Both the position numbers and the translations under genes were made by a program. 64,000 nt of DNA, taken from the NCBI GenBank assembly GCA_013265495.1, contig MU058213.1, positions 4,860,854 to 4,924,853 on the forward strand, written 5' to 3'. Below, in pieces: positions 36,771 through 48,450 of this stretch; within the stretch, counting starts at the first letter, position 1; every line of letters begins with the position of its first letter. Source of the DNA: Vicugna vicugna (Eukaryota). The notes beneath the pieces were generated by a model. That model was given only the letters and a program-made list of their open reading frames with translations, did no database searches and was not told the DNA's origin.

Positions 36771-38992
36771 ATATAGATAATCAGTCCTGCAAATTCAGGG
36801 CCACAGCAGGGCCAAGAGGCCTACTCCAGACAGGGCAGGCCCTGTTCCGCCTGTGTGTTCCAGAGATACCCTGCCTGTGCTGAGCAGAGACTGTGGTGTC
36901 CCTCCTCCCAGCCGGAACCCTAGTGGCCACACCTTCTGTTGTTAGGTGGAGCTGGGCAGGGACCCACCTTCACAAAGTGGACCAGGCCTGAGGGAGATGT
37001 AAATGCACTTGGCTCATTTCCTTAGGGAAATGCATGTTTATAGACTGGTGAGCCAACCTGACACCTCCCTGGGTCATCTCCTCCACCCCTTTTTGTTTGA
37101 GATGGACAGTTTTCCCTCGGGGGAGCCCAGGTACCCGAAGCTGAGAGCATGATGGTACATGGATCCCAGAATCGCCCCTAGATGGAGACCAGCCCACTGC
37201 CTCCACAAAGGGGGTCGGAAACAAGTCTCCAGAGGACCAGCTTGGCTCCCAGGTGCCCTCGTTGCAGACAAGGGTTCGGCTGTGTTTCCTCCTGTGGAGG
37301 AAGCTTGAATGCTCGCTGCCCCTCCCTTGCTACTCCTCCCACGGGGGTTGGTTTGAAGAAAGTGGAAGGCCCTTTGGGGAGTTTCAGGTACATTCTCCAT
37401 ATTGTATTTTAGTTCAGCCTAAAAAGAAACTCACACTGACATTTACTGAGCAAGGGCCTATTGTGTGTTGATACTGTGCTGAGTGCTGTAAGGGCTACAG
37501 AAGCAATTAAGGTTCAAGGCTCGCTTGGGAGCCCTGTTTTTTCCCTTCCAGTCCAGTTTGTAGTGTGTGGAACATAATAGGAGATACTCAGTGATGCTGT
37601 TGCATCACTGAACTCAGATTTGAGTGTTAGTCCCTTTCTCCAAAAATCTGAATGGCTCCCCCTTGTCTTCCATTAGAGGCCTTACTTCTCCATCAGGCAT
37701 GTGTAGGTTGTCGGAGTTTGGCCCCTGTCTGTTTGCCCTTTTCCCTCTCCCGTTGTTGCTCAGGCTGCAGGCCCATTTACCATTCTCAGAACATGCCAGT
37801 GTCTGTGCCTTTGGCCAGCCTGGAGTGAGTGCCTTTTCTGGGAATTGTCTGTTGTTAGTCTGACGTTGGATTCTCCCAACTCATTGCCCCTGAAAGTCCT
37901 TCTGTACCCAGCTCCAGTGTCATCTCTAGGAGCCTTCCCATGTACGTCCACCACCAGTTAAGGTTATTGCTCTCCTTCCTATATTCCCATGGTAAAAAAA
38001 AGAACACTTACAGAGCACTTACTATGGGAACTCCTCTCAGCCCTTGGCATGTATTAGTTTATTTAATCCTTGCCACAATCCCAGGAGAGTGGTTCTGTAG
38101 TATTGTCATCTCTGCTTTACCACTAAGGTGACCGAAGCAATAGAGATCAAGTAGCTTTCCAAAAGTTTCATAGCTAGTAGGTGTCAGAAACAAAATTGGA
38201 ACCCAAAAAGTACAGTTTCACCATGTTACACCAAGGGCTGTCTGTTGCCCTGGGTGGGTATATATCTGGATTGTGAGCTCCCGCGGGTATAGCTGTTTCT
38301 TTCCATATTGGTTGTTTCTTTCCATGCTGGTACCCTCATAACCTTTAAAGCTATTTTACAAGTTGTGGGTGCTCTGTAACTAAGTGATGGAGTGCACTAA
38401 GTCCATCTTCCTGCTTTTGATCCACTGGGAAGGACCCTCACTTGTAGGGACAGCTGGTCTAGCACTAGTGTTCAGGGGAAGTTAGGTTCGGCTCTCCTCT
38501 GTTCAGAACACAAGGCTGAGCCAGCTGCTATGGGAACCCCTGGGAACAAACTATCTTACCTGCCACTCAGTCCTGTCCAGCCTGGGCTGCTCTGGGTATT
38601 TGCGTGTCAGGAAACCATGAAGGTCAGCATCATAAAATGCTCAGAGAGATAAGCAACACTGCCTTGATTGTACTCAGTGGGAGATTTTCCCAAAGGGAGA
38701 TTCCTGAAAGTGAATGACTAATGGGGGATAAACTCTCCTGGGTCAGCCTAGTGGGTTCATTCAGGGGTTACTTGGTGCTTCTGTTAGGAAATTCAGTGTC
38801 TTTTAGACCTTGGGATGTTTTCTTCCCTGAAGCTGTCCTGTCGGTCTGGAAAGGATTGCTCTCTTCTCTTTCTGATACAGCCTCTCTCAATCTTTATTAT
38901 TGCTATCACTACTATGATTTTTAATTTTAAAATGTGCATGTACTTGGAGCAGTTGCAAACAGTGCAGAAATCCCACTTTCCTGAGATCACTG

Positions 38993-39013
38993 CCACCACC
39001 ACCACCACCACCA
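38993..39013 (+). repeat. (CCA)7 microsatellite
   Basis: Direct read: CCACCACCACCACCACCACCA. Confidence 0.85.
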
Positions 39014-40928
39014 GCAGTTGGTTGTGTTTCCTTAAAGGCATTTTTTCCATAACGTACACAAATTATCAGAGTGTGTTTAAAAAAACAAAAATGGGATTAT
39101 TCCTAACATTTTTTCAAGCAAACTTTTTTCCCCCACAGAACAGTTCATTTGGCCATCTTATTAGGAAGCACCTGATGCTGTTCCAGGCTGGGTTTAAATT
39201 GTGTCTGTGCAGTCTGTCCATCAGTGGGTCAGCACTGCTAACAGACTGCAAGCTCCACGTGTAGTCCGTGCCTCAGTGTTTCCATAAAAGCACTTGTAAT
39301 GACGAGTGTAAACATTCACACAGGGGTCTGGGTGTAGCCTCAAGCACCTGCTGCACCTGGCATGTAGCTTTGCTGTCAAATGTTTATTTTACATGTTCGT
39401 TTTATTTTAATTCATTTCTGTCATCAGGTAGAACTGAGAGCTTAGAGAAATGCACTCTATTTTTCCTGAGGTTTTGTATACTGTGGAATCCACACAGCTC
39501 GGGGAGAGCTGCAGGAAGTGTGTTGAAAAATATCAGAGTTCTGCATAGACAGATAGAGAATTGTCTCAGTCGGGAGGGGACTTCTCATTTTGGGGTGATT
39601 GGACCCATGGAGTCCCTTCTGAGCCTTGTCTTTTCTTCAGTCTTTAGTTTATTCTGAAAATTATTGCCATGAGGGATTACCCCTCTAGGGCAGTCACCCT
39701 AAAAAAGGTATCACTTGCAGTACTAATTCCCACTAGACCCGTTGACCAAATTGTTATTATCATGGAAAGCAGAGCCGGGAAGCCAAGTAAGCCTGTATCA
39801 TTTTCAAGCTTGTAGGAGGATGATATCTAGATAATAATACAAATATCTAACATTGATGGAGGCTTACTATGTGCCAGACATCTTCCTTTCCCTGCTTTTT
39901 TACCCTTGAGATTCAGAGATCAAATAGCTTGCCCATAGTCAACACAGCCTAGTAGGGGTTGGAACCGGTGTATGTGTGTGTCTGTGCACCTGTGCCGGTA
40001 TGTACATCTGTGTGCACACGTGTGTGTGTTGCGGGGAGTGTGGTGCAGGAGAAAATCATTTCCTTTTCGCTGCAAAATTATGCTGTGGCTCAGATCCAGC
40101 CTATCAGAGAAGATTATTGAGCATCACAGACTTGGATTGCCTGCCTGGTGTGAGTTACACTTTGATGTTTGTGCAAATGCCAGCTGGTTTCATTCAGTCC
40201 AAATGGCCTGAAGTCAGAGGGCTGCCTTTCTCTGCAGGCACTTGGATTCCCATCAGTGTTGTTGCTTGTCAGCTGAGAGCTATCTGCTGGAATGGTTTGG
40301 TTTCTCTTTGGCCAGCATAACTGGTGATGAGCCTTGAAGGTTTGGTGCAAAGTTGTCTACATAAGAGGGAGTGACATCCCTGGGGGTCAGGCTACATCTG
40401 ACCCTGGGGTCCTTGGGGTCGAAGCTTGCCCAGAGGAGAGCGAGGAGAGAGAAGGATCTTGAAACCGAATCGTGGCTGAAAGACCTAAGGTTGTTTAGTA
40501 CAGAAGGGAGGAGGTTCAGGGGACAGGAAGCCCACCAAGAGTAAAGGGAATTCTCCTGCAGCCCCTGAGAGCTCCCTTAGTCCATCAGGTAGGTGTTCTG
40601 ACCAAGAACTTGTAAGCTCATTGTCAGGAAGTTAGAGGTGTCAGGTAGCAAAATGGGGTGCCTCAGAGGGAGGCAGTGGTGTGTGTGGAAGCACTAACAT
40701 GCCCCAAGTGGGCTCTCACTTGTACGTGGAAAATGTTACCCTCAGGCTGGGTATCCACCTGCCAGTACCTTGTTGGGTGAGGGGGGCCTTTGTAAGCTGG
40801 CAGGTTGGACTTCTAAGATCTTTAACAATCATGTCCAACCCTGGGCATCTGGGATGAAGGGTAGTTTTGCTCAGAGGCTGCCCTGTGGACCAGTGCAGAT
40901 CCATGAGCCTGCAAACCAGGTGGAGGGG

Positions 40929-41318
40929 TGTCTTAGTTTGCTAGGACTGTTGTAAAAAGGTATCACTAACTGGGTGACTTAAACAGCAGAAGTGTATTGT
41001 CTCGTGGTTCTGGAGGCTGGAAGTCCAAAATCAAGGTGTCAGCAGGGTTGCTTCCTTCTGAGTGCTGTGAGGAAGGAGCTGTTTCAGGCCCCCCTCCTCT
41101 GCATGCTCACCTGGCGTTCTCCCTGTATGCACGTCTGTCTCCGCATTTCCCCATTTTGTAAGGACACCAGCCGTTTTGGATTAAGACTCACCTTAACCTA
41201 ATTTTAACTTCTGTAACCTCTGTAAAGACTCTGTTTCCAAGCAGAGTCACATTTTGCAGTACTAGGGGTCAGGACTTCTACATATAAATTTTAGGGGGAC
41301 ATAATTCAACCCAAAACA
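40929..41318 (-). mobile_element. MaLR solo LTR (MLT1-like)
   Basis: TGTCTTAGTTTGCTAGG...TTCTGGAGGCTGGAAGTCCAAAATCAAGGTGTCAGCAGG...AATTCAACCCAAAACA, the hallmark MLT1 sequence. Confidence 0.85.
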
Positions 41319-41459
41319 GGGACAAGCAACACAATCATGAATCAAACCCATATCACTGTGGGCTGGCTGCTTTGGACCTCTTTTTTTTTTTTTTTTCAAT
41401 TTAATGGCAGGATCACTTTTCTCTGGGAAATGTTACATCAGGACCCGGCTATAACAATA

Positions 41460-41890
41460 GGGTGAAGTAAACATCATGTGGCGTTAAGTCCAATGTTATT
41501 ATTACACAGTCGTCACTATCATCCATCTCCAGAATGTTTTCATCTTTTCACACTGAAACTCTGTACCTTCCCCCCATCTCCTCAGCCCCTGGCAACCACC
41601 AACCACCATTCTGTCTGGTCTGAATTTGCCTACACTGGAGACCTCATATAATTGGAAGCGTACAGCGTTTGTCTTTTTGTGACTGCCTTATTTCACTTAG
41701 CCTTATGTCCTCAAGGTTCATCCATGTTGTAGCATGTGTCAGAATTATCTTCCTTTGTAAGGCTGTATAGTACTCATTTATTCTGTGTATTTACCACATT
41801 TTACTTATCCATTCCTCCATTGATGGACGTTTGGGATGTTTCCACCTTTTGGCTATTATAAATAATGCTGCTGTGAACACGGGTATGGAG
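41460..41890 (-). mobile_element. Ancient L1MB-like 3' fragment
   Basis: CAGCCCCTGGCAACCACC...TTCACTTAGC...GGTTCATCCATGTTGTAGCATGTGTCAGAAT...ATAATGCTGCTGTGAACA. Confidence 0.82.
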
Positions 41891-42331
41891 ACTTAAAAAA
41901 AATTTGTGATTAAACATGTACCTGTCTATTATAGAAAAATCCAGTACACAGTCCAGTAAAAAAAGCACCCTCACACCCCATCTCCACTGGCTGTGATTTG
42001 GCCTCTATCCCTCCAGCTGTATTTTGGTCTGTGGATGTGAAATAAGACCATTCTGTACTGTAACGGAACATGAGCCATTTAAAAAAAATGTCTGAACTGT
42101 GAAAGTCTTTAGTAGTTCCCTAAACACGGAAAACATAAAACCTGAGCAGGGGGTGTCGAGTGCGTATGATGAGCCCGGCAAGGGCTGGCCTTGCCCCAGA
42201 GCCCCCCGTGTGATTGGCACCGTCACTCCCGCTACCAAGTAGGGGAAACAGGCTCTGAGAGGCCCCGGGTGCCCTGGCTCCTTCCACCCCACACGCGGCT
42301 TCCTAACCGGCCTCCCCCGTCTCCCCTGTAG

Positions 42332-42418
42332 GCAAATGTCTGCAGACTGCGGCTGACCGTGCCTCCCGAGGGTCCGGCGTCAGAGCCCAGCGAAAAGAAG
42401 GCTGAAAGGAAAGAGCAA
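42332..42418 (+). CDS. MYZAP: MYZAP coding exon 2 (ANVCRLRLTVPPEGPASEPSEKKAERKEQ)
   Basis: CTAAC branch-like motif, pyrimidine tract and tgtag| acceptor; CAA|GTAAGC donor; 87 nt. Continues the exon 1 frame and matches recalled MYZAP ANVCRLRLTVPPE. Confidence 0.95.
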
Positions 42419-43029
42419 GTAAGCCCCCACAGGGCGAAGCCCTGGCCCGTTCTCCTCTTTGTGCCCTCGTGGTTCACCCCCTCTCCGTCCATCCTGTGCC
42501 CAGGCCGGGCACAGAGCCTGAGTGTCGGCAGCTGTGAGGTGGCAGGCCCTCTCGACTTGCCCCGTCCGCCTCTCCCCACAAGCCCGGCCTCCGATCTGCT
42601 CTTCTTGGTGGACACTGGCTGTGATGCCTAGAAGCGGTCAGAACGCTGGCCCTAGTGCCAGGTGCTGTGACAGGGACAGGGAGCATGTTTCTCCTGGAAG
42701 AGCCCCGTCCAGTCGAGTCAAAGGGCCCGTTGTCAGCTGCTGGCGCTGAGGCCCAGCTCCCGGGCGGCCAGGCTGCCTGGAGGGGAGCGGCCCGCCGTGG
42801 CGAGGGCGCCCAGCTGCGGGCCTCTTTGTGTCAGCTGCTGTGCTGGGTGCTGGGCCGTGCAGATACGTCTGACCTTGGCCTTATCTTAGAGGAACTCACA
42901 GTGTTTCGGGTGAGACAGATGTATAAATAAACAAAGATGACAATCATAGTCTCAGTGTTAGGATCCAGAAGTGTGAGAAGGGCTCCGGGAACACAGAGGA
43001 TGGGGCCATATCCAAGGACCCAAAAGCCG

Positions 43030-43760
43030 GTTTGAAAGGGCTCTCACCAGTAAAAATGGAATGGTTTCAGCATCAAAAGAATGAATAACAATAATAACAC
43101 ATTGAATAATTGAAAAAAACCTCATGAGTTGATAATTATAATCAGAGAAAGAGAGATTATCAAGGGGAAAGCTCTTCTTTATATTACATCAGCTGGTAAA
43201 TTTAGAGAATCTGTTTTATAACCCCCAAGGCAGTGTGTCAGTGGTTGCAGAAACTAGTTGGTGAAAGATCACTGTGGAGGAGTACGTTCACAGGATCTGA
43301 GAGTATTAATCACTTACTGACTCTCGGGGTCCAGTGCCACAGTAGGGCAGCCAGCAGGCCAACCACGTGATCCAGTTCACCCTCACCAGTAGTGGGGCCG
43401 TCTGGTGCTATCTGGCTTCTCATGTGATGCAGGTAAGAAGTAAACAATATTACCTGTAATATTCATGCCAAACTTATTTAACTTGAATCTAGTAATAAGG
43501 AAACAGAAGAATCCAAAACAATTAGCCAGAATCCCATAATAGATTCAATGTTATTTAAAAAAGAAAAAAAAGGAGACTCTGTTGAAGGTAAGAGGCTAAA
43601 GAGATTAAATATCAAATATAATGAATCAACCTTCATTAATTCCTGGATCCATAGAAAGTCTGTAAAAGGCATATTGGGATAATTGTACAATTTTGAGTAT
43701 GAACCCATATATTATTGTTGAATAGATGGTATTTTTGTGATAGTGGTACTTTGGTTATGT
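43030..43760 (+). mobile_element. Ancient L1MC/ME-like 3'UTR fragment
   Basis: A-rich, with recalled L1MC-type motifs (AACTTGAATCTAGTAATAAGGAAACAG, GTGATAGTGGTACTTTGGTTATGTAG). Confidence 0.55.
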
Positions 43761-46259
43761 AGTTTCTTCTTTCAGCTTCAAATATTCTACAGAGAAAGAG
43801 CTTGGGAGTAAAAGCTCATAACCACAAAGAGAGCAGGAGTGGTCAGGCTTCGGCCGCTGGGCCCCTCTGATGACTGTTTTGCTGAGGGGGAAGGTATTCC
43901 CTTCTGCCCCCACTAATCCCCTCCCTCTCCATCCCTTTCAGAGAAGTGGGCCTGGGCTGGGTCCAGGGGTCCGTGGGCAGCTTAGCACATGGGGAATCAG
44001 AAGGAGCCCTTGCTGGAGACGGGGCCCGGCTAGGGTGAGTGACAGGACAAGGGCCTTGGTGGCTGTTCCCGAATGCATGGTAGGGGCAGTGGGGAATTTG
44101 GCCTGCTGGAGTTGGGCCCGAGTTGCACGCCTGGGGAGATGTTCGTGGGGGGTTTCTGGGTGCTGCCACTGGGGCGGTGACTGCTGTGAGGCACCGGAGG
44201 GCATGTCACTGCTCAAGAAGAGTCAGATATTCCCAAAGAAGGAGGCATCATGTTCTGTGTCACATGCACGTTGGTAACCGTGCTGTGTACCGATTTGCTT
44301 ACTGGTGTTGAGCAGTGCTTTTTGAAGTTTAAAAACCAATTAGACCAATTTTGTTTGTTTTTTTTGGATCAAAATGTCGTCCTGAACCCTCATATGTAAC
44401 CCAGGTGCTCGTGAGGGCCAAAGTCCTTCCAGCGTCCCTGCACCCCAGGCGCCCTCCTCCTGCGAACCTGAGCGCAGGGCAGAGATGCCTGGGAAAGCTA
44501 TTTGCCATGACGCTTGTACTGGGTGGACCAGGTGTGCAGTCTGAGTGTCCGTCTCTGACGTGTCGATGACTCACTGCAGAAGAACTGGGGTAGAGAGGAG
44601 GAGGGTGGGGCTGGCTGTTCCCCAGAGCCAAAGTCCTTGGGTGGTGGCAGCACCTGAAGGCCCTGGTGGTGACTGTGAGGCTGTTCTGGGTGACTTCGTC
44701 ACCATGTCCTGGCTGGTGGCCTGGCCTGCTTGTGTCCCCTGGGCCTTCCTGGCGTCATGCTTCTTCCTGGAGAAAACTGCCTGTCCTGCGTCTCCTCCTC
44801 CCTCCGGGCTGTGCCTGCTGCATCTTTTCTGATGTCATGATGTCCCTCTCTGAGCAGCCCTCTTTCAGTACACCCCGGCCTTGCCTCCTCTCCCTGCACA
44901 GACCAGAACTCGCGGAACTCCTCCATGTACAGCTTGGCCTGTCTGGGGAGGCTGCCCACCCCGCACGTCAGCTGTGCCCCCCCGAGCCCCGTCCTGCTGT
45001 GACCGTGCTAGTGTGCAGTGTTCTCCACTGGTGTTACTTTCATGTATAGAGTACAGATATTTTATGGCTGTGTCAGCATTATTTTAGTATCTAAAAGTAT
45101 GAAATGTGGATCATTTATGTGAACAGATAGAACCAGAAAGTTCTAGGCTGGAGTGGGACATAGGTGCCCTCATTTAGAAGATGTTCTGACTCTTTCAGGA
45201 CAAGGACCTTACATTTCCTGATTACCAGTGAGAGTGTGTCTTCCCATATTTGTTCCTCACGGGTATTAACCTTGGGGCTGTGTGCTTGCCGGGGACCCTG
45301 ATGGAGCCGTCTTGAAAATGAGGTGGGGACATGAAGGAGAGCAGGAGGAGGCCTTGAGGGGGCGGGGCGGGCGGCAGGTGCCTGCGCAGACTCCCTGTCC
45401 TTTTCCCAAGTCTCTCACCCCCTTCTCCAGCACAGGCCCTCCGCCCTCTCCCCGTCCTCCTTCTCTAGCCCCACCTGCTCTAAGATCATTTGCCTTTACT
45501 AGAACCTTCTTCCTCAGACAACCTCCCTGCAGAATTCAGTCCTGGGCTTTGGCCCTCTCTCAGATGCAATGGCAAATGACAGCAAAGGGTAGAAGATGAT
45601 GAGGCGATTTCTTCCCTATTAAATAAAATAACTCTTTGGTTGTAAGCAAATAAATGCCAGAATACCGGTAGTTTGAGCTGGTTCCATGTGGCACCACTGG
45701 TTGTGCTTCAGGACTCAGACCCTGTCAACTCGTTTGTTCCTCTTGGGTGATGACCCAGCCTGTCTGAAGCCGACTCAATAGTATCTCTTTTTTTTTTGGG
45801 GGGGGTCGGTCTACTCTCATCGGACAGATTTACTAATTATCCTTTGACCCCATGGCATCTACTTCCTCCTCAGACCCCTTGTTAGGGCTCTAGCCTGTGC
45901 CCGGAGTCTCTCCCCAGCCGTCTCTCAGTTGATCCAAGTCTTCCCATCCTTCAAGGCCCTACTAAAGGCCTGCTTCCCCTCAAGACCTTCCTGGACCGCC
46001 GGTGCTGGGGTGAGCGTCCCCTCTTGTGAGCCACAGGACATCCAGGCTGCCCTCTTTCTCCCCCTTGGCACCTCGTCATCTGCTGCTAAGAACTCCACGT
46101 GTGTATACGTACATATTCCTGCAACGCTGGTGCACAGCACGAATAGATACACACACACATGAGAATGTGGAGTCTTTCAATGTCGTCTCTCAGAGCCTAG
46201 CCCTCTGCCTTGCACATAGTAGGTGTTTAGTGAACTGTTGATAATGATGATTTCAGTTT

Positions 46260-46672
46260 TGTGTTGGTTTCCTCTGGCTGCCATAAAAAAAGTGCCACAA
46301 ACTGGGTGGTTTAAACAACAGAAATGTGTTGTCTCATGGTTTTGGAGGCTGCAAGCCCGAGACCAGGGGATGAGTGGGCCCACATTCTCTCTGAGGGCTC
46401 CAGGCGAGAACCCTTGCCTCTCTCAACTGCTGGCGGCCCTTGGCAGTCCTCAGCTGCACTCTGGTCTTCACGTGGTGCTCTCCCTGTGTGTGCATGTCTC
46501 CAGAGCCAGATTTTCCTCTTTTCATAAGGACACTAGTCATCTGGGATTAGGACTTACTCTAGTGACTGCATCTGAACTTAACCCTGTCTCTAAATAGGGC
46601 CAAATTCTGAGGTACTGGGGATTAGGACTCCAATGTGCTATCTATTTGCAGGACATAATTCAACCCATGAGA
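46260..46672 (-). mobile_element. MaLR solo LTR (MLT1-like)
   Basis: GGCTGCCATAAAAAAGTGCCACAAACTGGGTGGTTTAAACAACAGAAATG...ATAATTCAACCCATGA. Confidence 0.82.
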
Positions 46673-46689
46673 AGTTTCTTTGTGGAATT

Positions 46690-46844
46690 AAAAAAAATTT
46701 ATTTATTTATTTAGGTTGTTTGTTTTTTGGGATAGGTAATTAGGTTTATTTATTTACTTATTTATTTTAATGGAGGTACTGGGGATTGAACCCAGGACCT
46801 CATGCAGGCTGAGCATAATCTACCACTGAGCTATACCTTCCCCC
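46690..46844 (-). mobile_element. tRNA-derived SINE, Vic-1-like
   Basis: Reverse strand has GGGGAAGGTATAGCTCAGTGGTAGA...GGTTCAATCCCCAGTACCTCC. Direct repeat TTGTGGAAT at 46680-46688 and 46847-46855. Confidence 0.88.
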
Positions 46845-48269
46845 TGTTGTGGAATATTATCATCTTAAGTTGTGTTAATGACTCAGATGAATTAGCTCTG
46901 TGGACTTCTGTTTGTATATTAAAAATCATTATGGGAGAGGAAATGCTGATTGAATTGTTGACACAGATTTCATGTTGAGAAATTGATGAATGTGAAATAT
47001 AATGTTTATTAAGTTGTTGAACAGTAAAAATTAAAATTGGTAGTAGATGGTTTTGAAATTGAACCCTTCTTTTCAGAGAACCTTGTGAGTGTATGTATCT
47101 GTATTCCTATCCAAATCTATATGCAGCGTATTCTTATGCACACACAGAAATAAGAACCAACACCAGCTATTAAACCCTTATCATGTTGAATCAGAGTCTC
47201 ACTGCATAGCTGAATTTTAGAGAGTATGACCTGAGCTGACAGAGTCTGTGCAATGGTGAAGTTTTTCCAAACTGACATAATAGCTTGAGGTAGATAATGT
47301 TTCAAATAGCTGTTAACATCTCACTGTCAATGGATGTCCTTTAGTGACTTGTGGTTTTAAAGAAGTGGTCTCTAGATCTTGGAGAGCACTGAGTGAAGGA
47401 GAGTGGATATATGTGTAGATAAGAAAAGTCGGGAACTTTGATAGCCTGGGAAAATGTTTGAAAGGAGATTCCCCTTGCCATTCAGTTTTACAGTCCTCGT
47501 TCCCTTAAAAGCCCCGGATGAACAAGCCTGCTGAGGGTGAGTTCTTGTCCTTGGCGTGACTGTTTATACAACATGACGGGCTGTTGCCAGGTGCGGGGGT
47601 GTGCTGTCAGGATTCCGGTGGGGCTGGGGCTGCCCGCTGTGGCACGTGGGACTCTGCGTGTCACCTCGGGAGTAGCAGCCCCTGGAGGGTGGAAGAAGCC
47701 TGGGTTCTCGTCCCAGCTGCCTGACCAGGCGCTGTAGTGGTCAGGCCCGTCAGGGCATCTCTAGGGGCCTCAGTTTCCTCTTCTAGCAGATGCAACTGTG
47801 TCAGCCTGGATCTGGCATTTCTTGAGTTTCTTTAGCTGTGGAAGTCTAGTCAAACGGCTGTGTAGGACAGTGCCATCCGTAGAACAAAGTGCGGCAGCTG
47901 TGGTTTGCAGGGAGGGCAGGGCTGTGCTGGCTGACCCAGCAGCGTCCCTCACCCCCACCCCACCCTACCCGGTCATCAGGCACCGAGGTGGGGCTGGGAG
48001 GCTGTCCGCAAGGCCGCTGACTGTGCAACGCTTCCAGTTTCTAACCTCCTGAGATTTTGATTCTCTCTTTATGAAGACACAGCAAGGCCAGTTCAGGGGT
48101 GAGCCCTTCACTGTCAGAGTAAGTGTGATGACTGTGATGGGAACAGCAAAGGCCCCCACGAGGAGAGAGGTGGAGAGACAAGCAGAAGCATCCAGACAGA
48201 CATGGAGAATTTCGTGGAAGATCAGATACTCAGAAATGAAGAGACACCGCCACTAACAGTAGACTCAGG

Positions 48270-48450
48270 CAGTATCTGCTGGTATGCCCAGCAGCACGCT
48301 AGGTGTGTTCCTTAAAATAACTGAAATTGGTGGTGTTATCCCCATTTTGCTGTTCAGGACCCTGAGGCACAGTGGAGTAAGCCCTTGCCCAGGGCCACAC
48401 AGTGAGTAGCTGTGGACCTGCAGTTCTAATTCGGGTCTGTGCCCCAGCCC
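48270..48450 (-). mobile_element. MIR SINE
   Basis: TTATCCCCATTTT...CTGAGGCACAG...CTTGCCCAGGGCCACACAG core. Confidence 0.68.
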
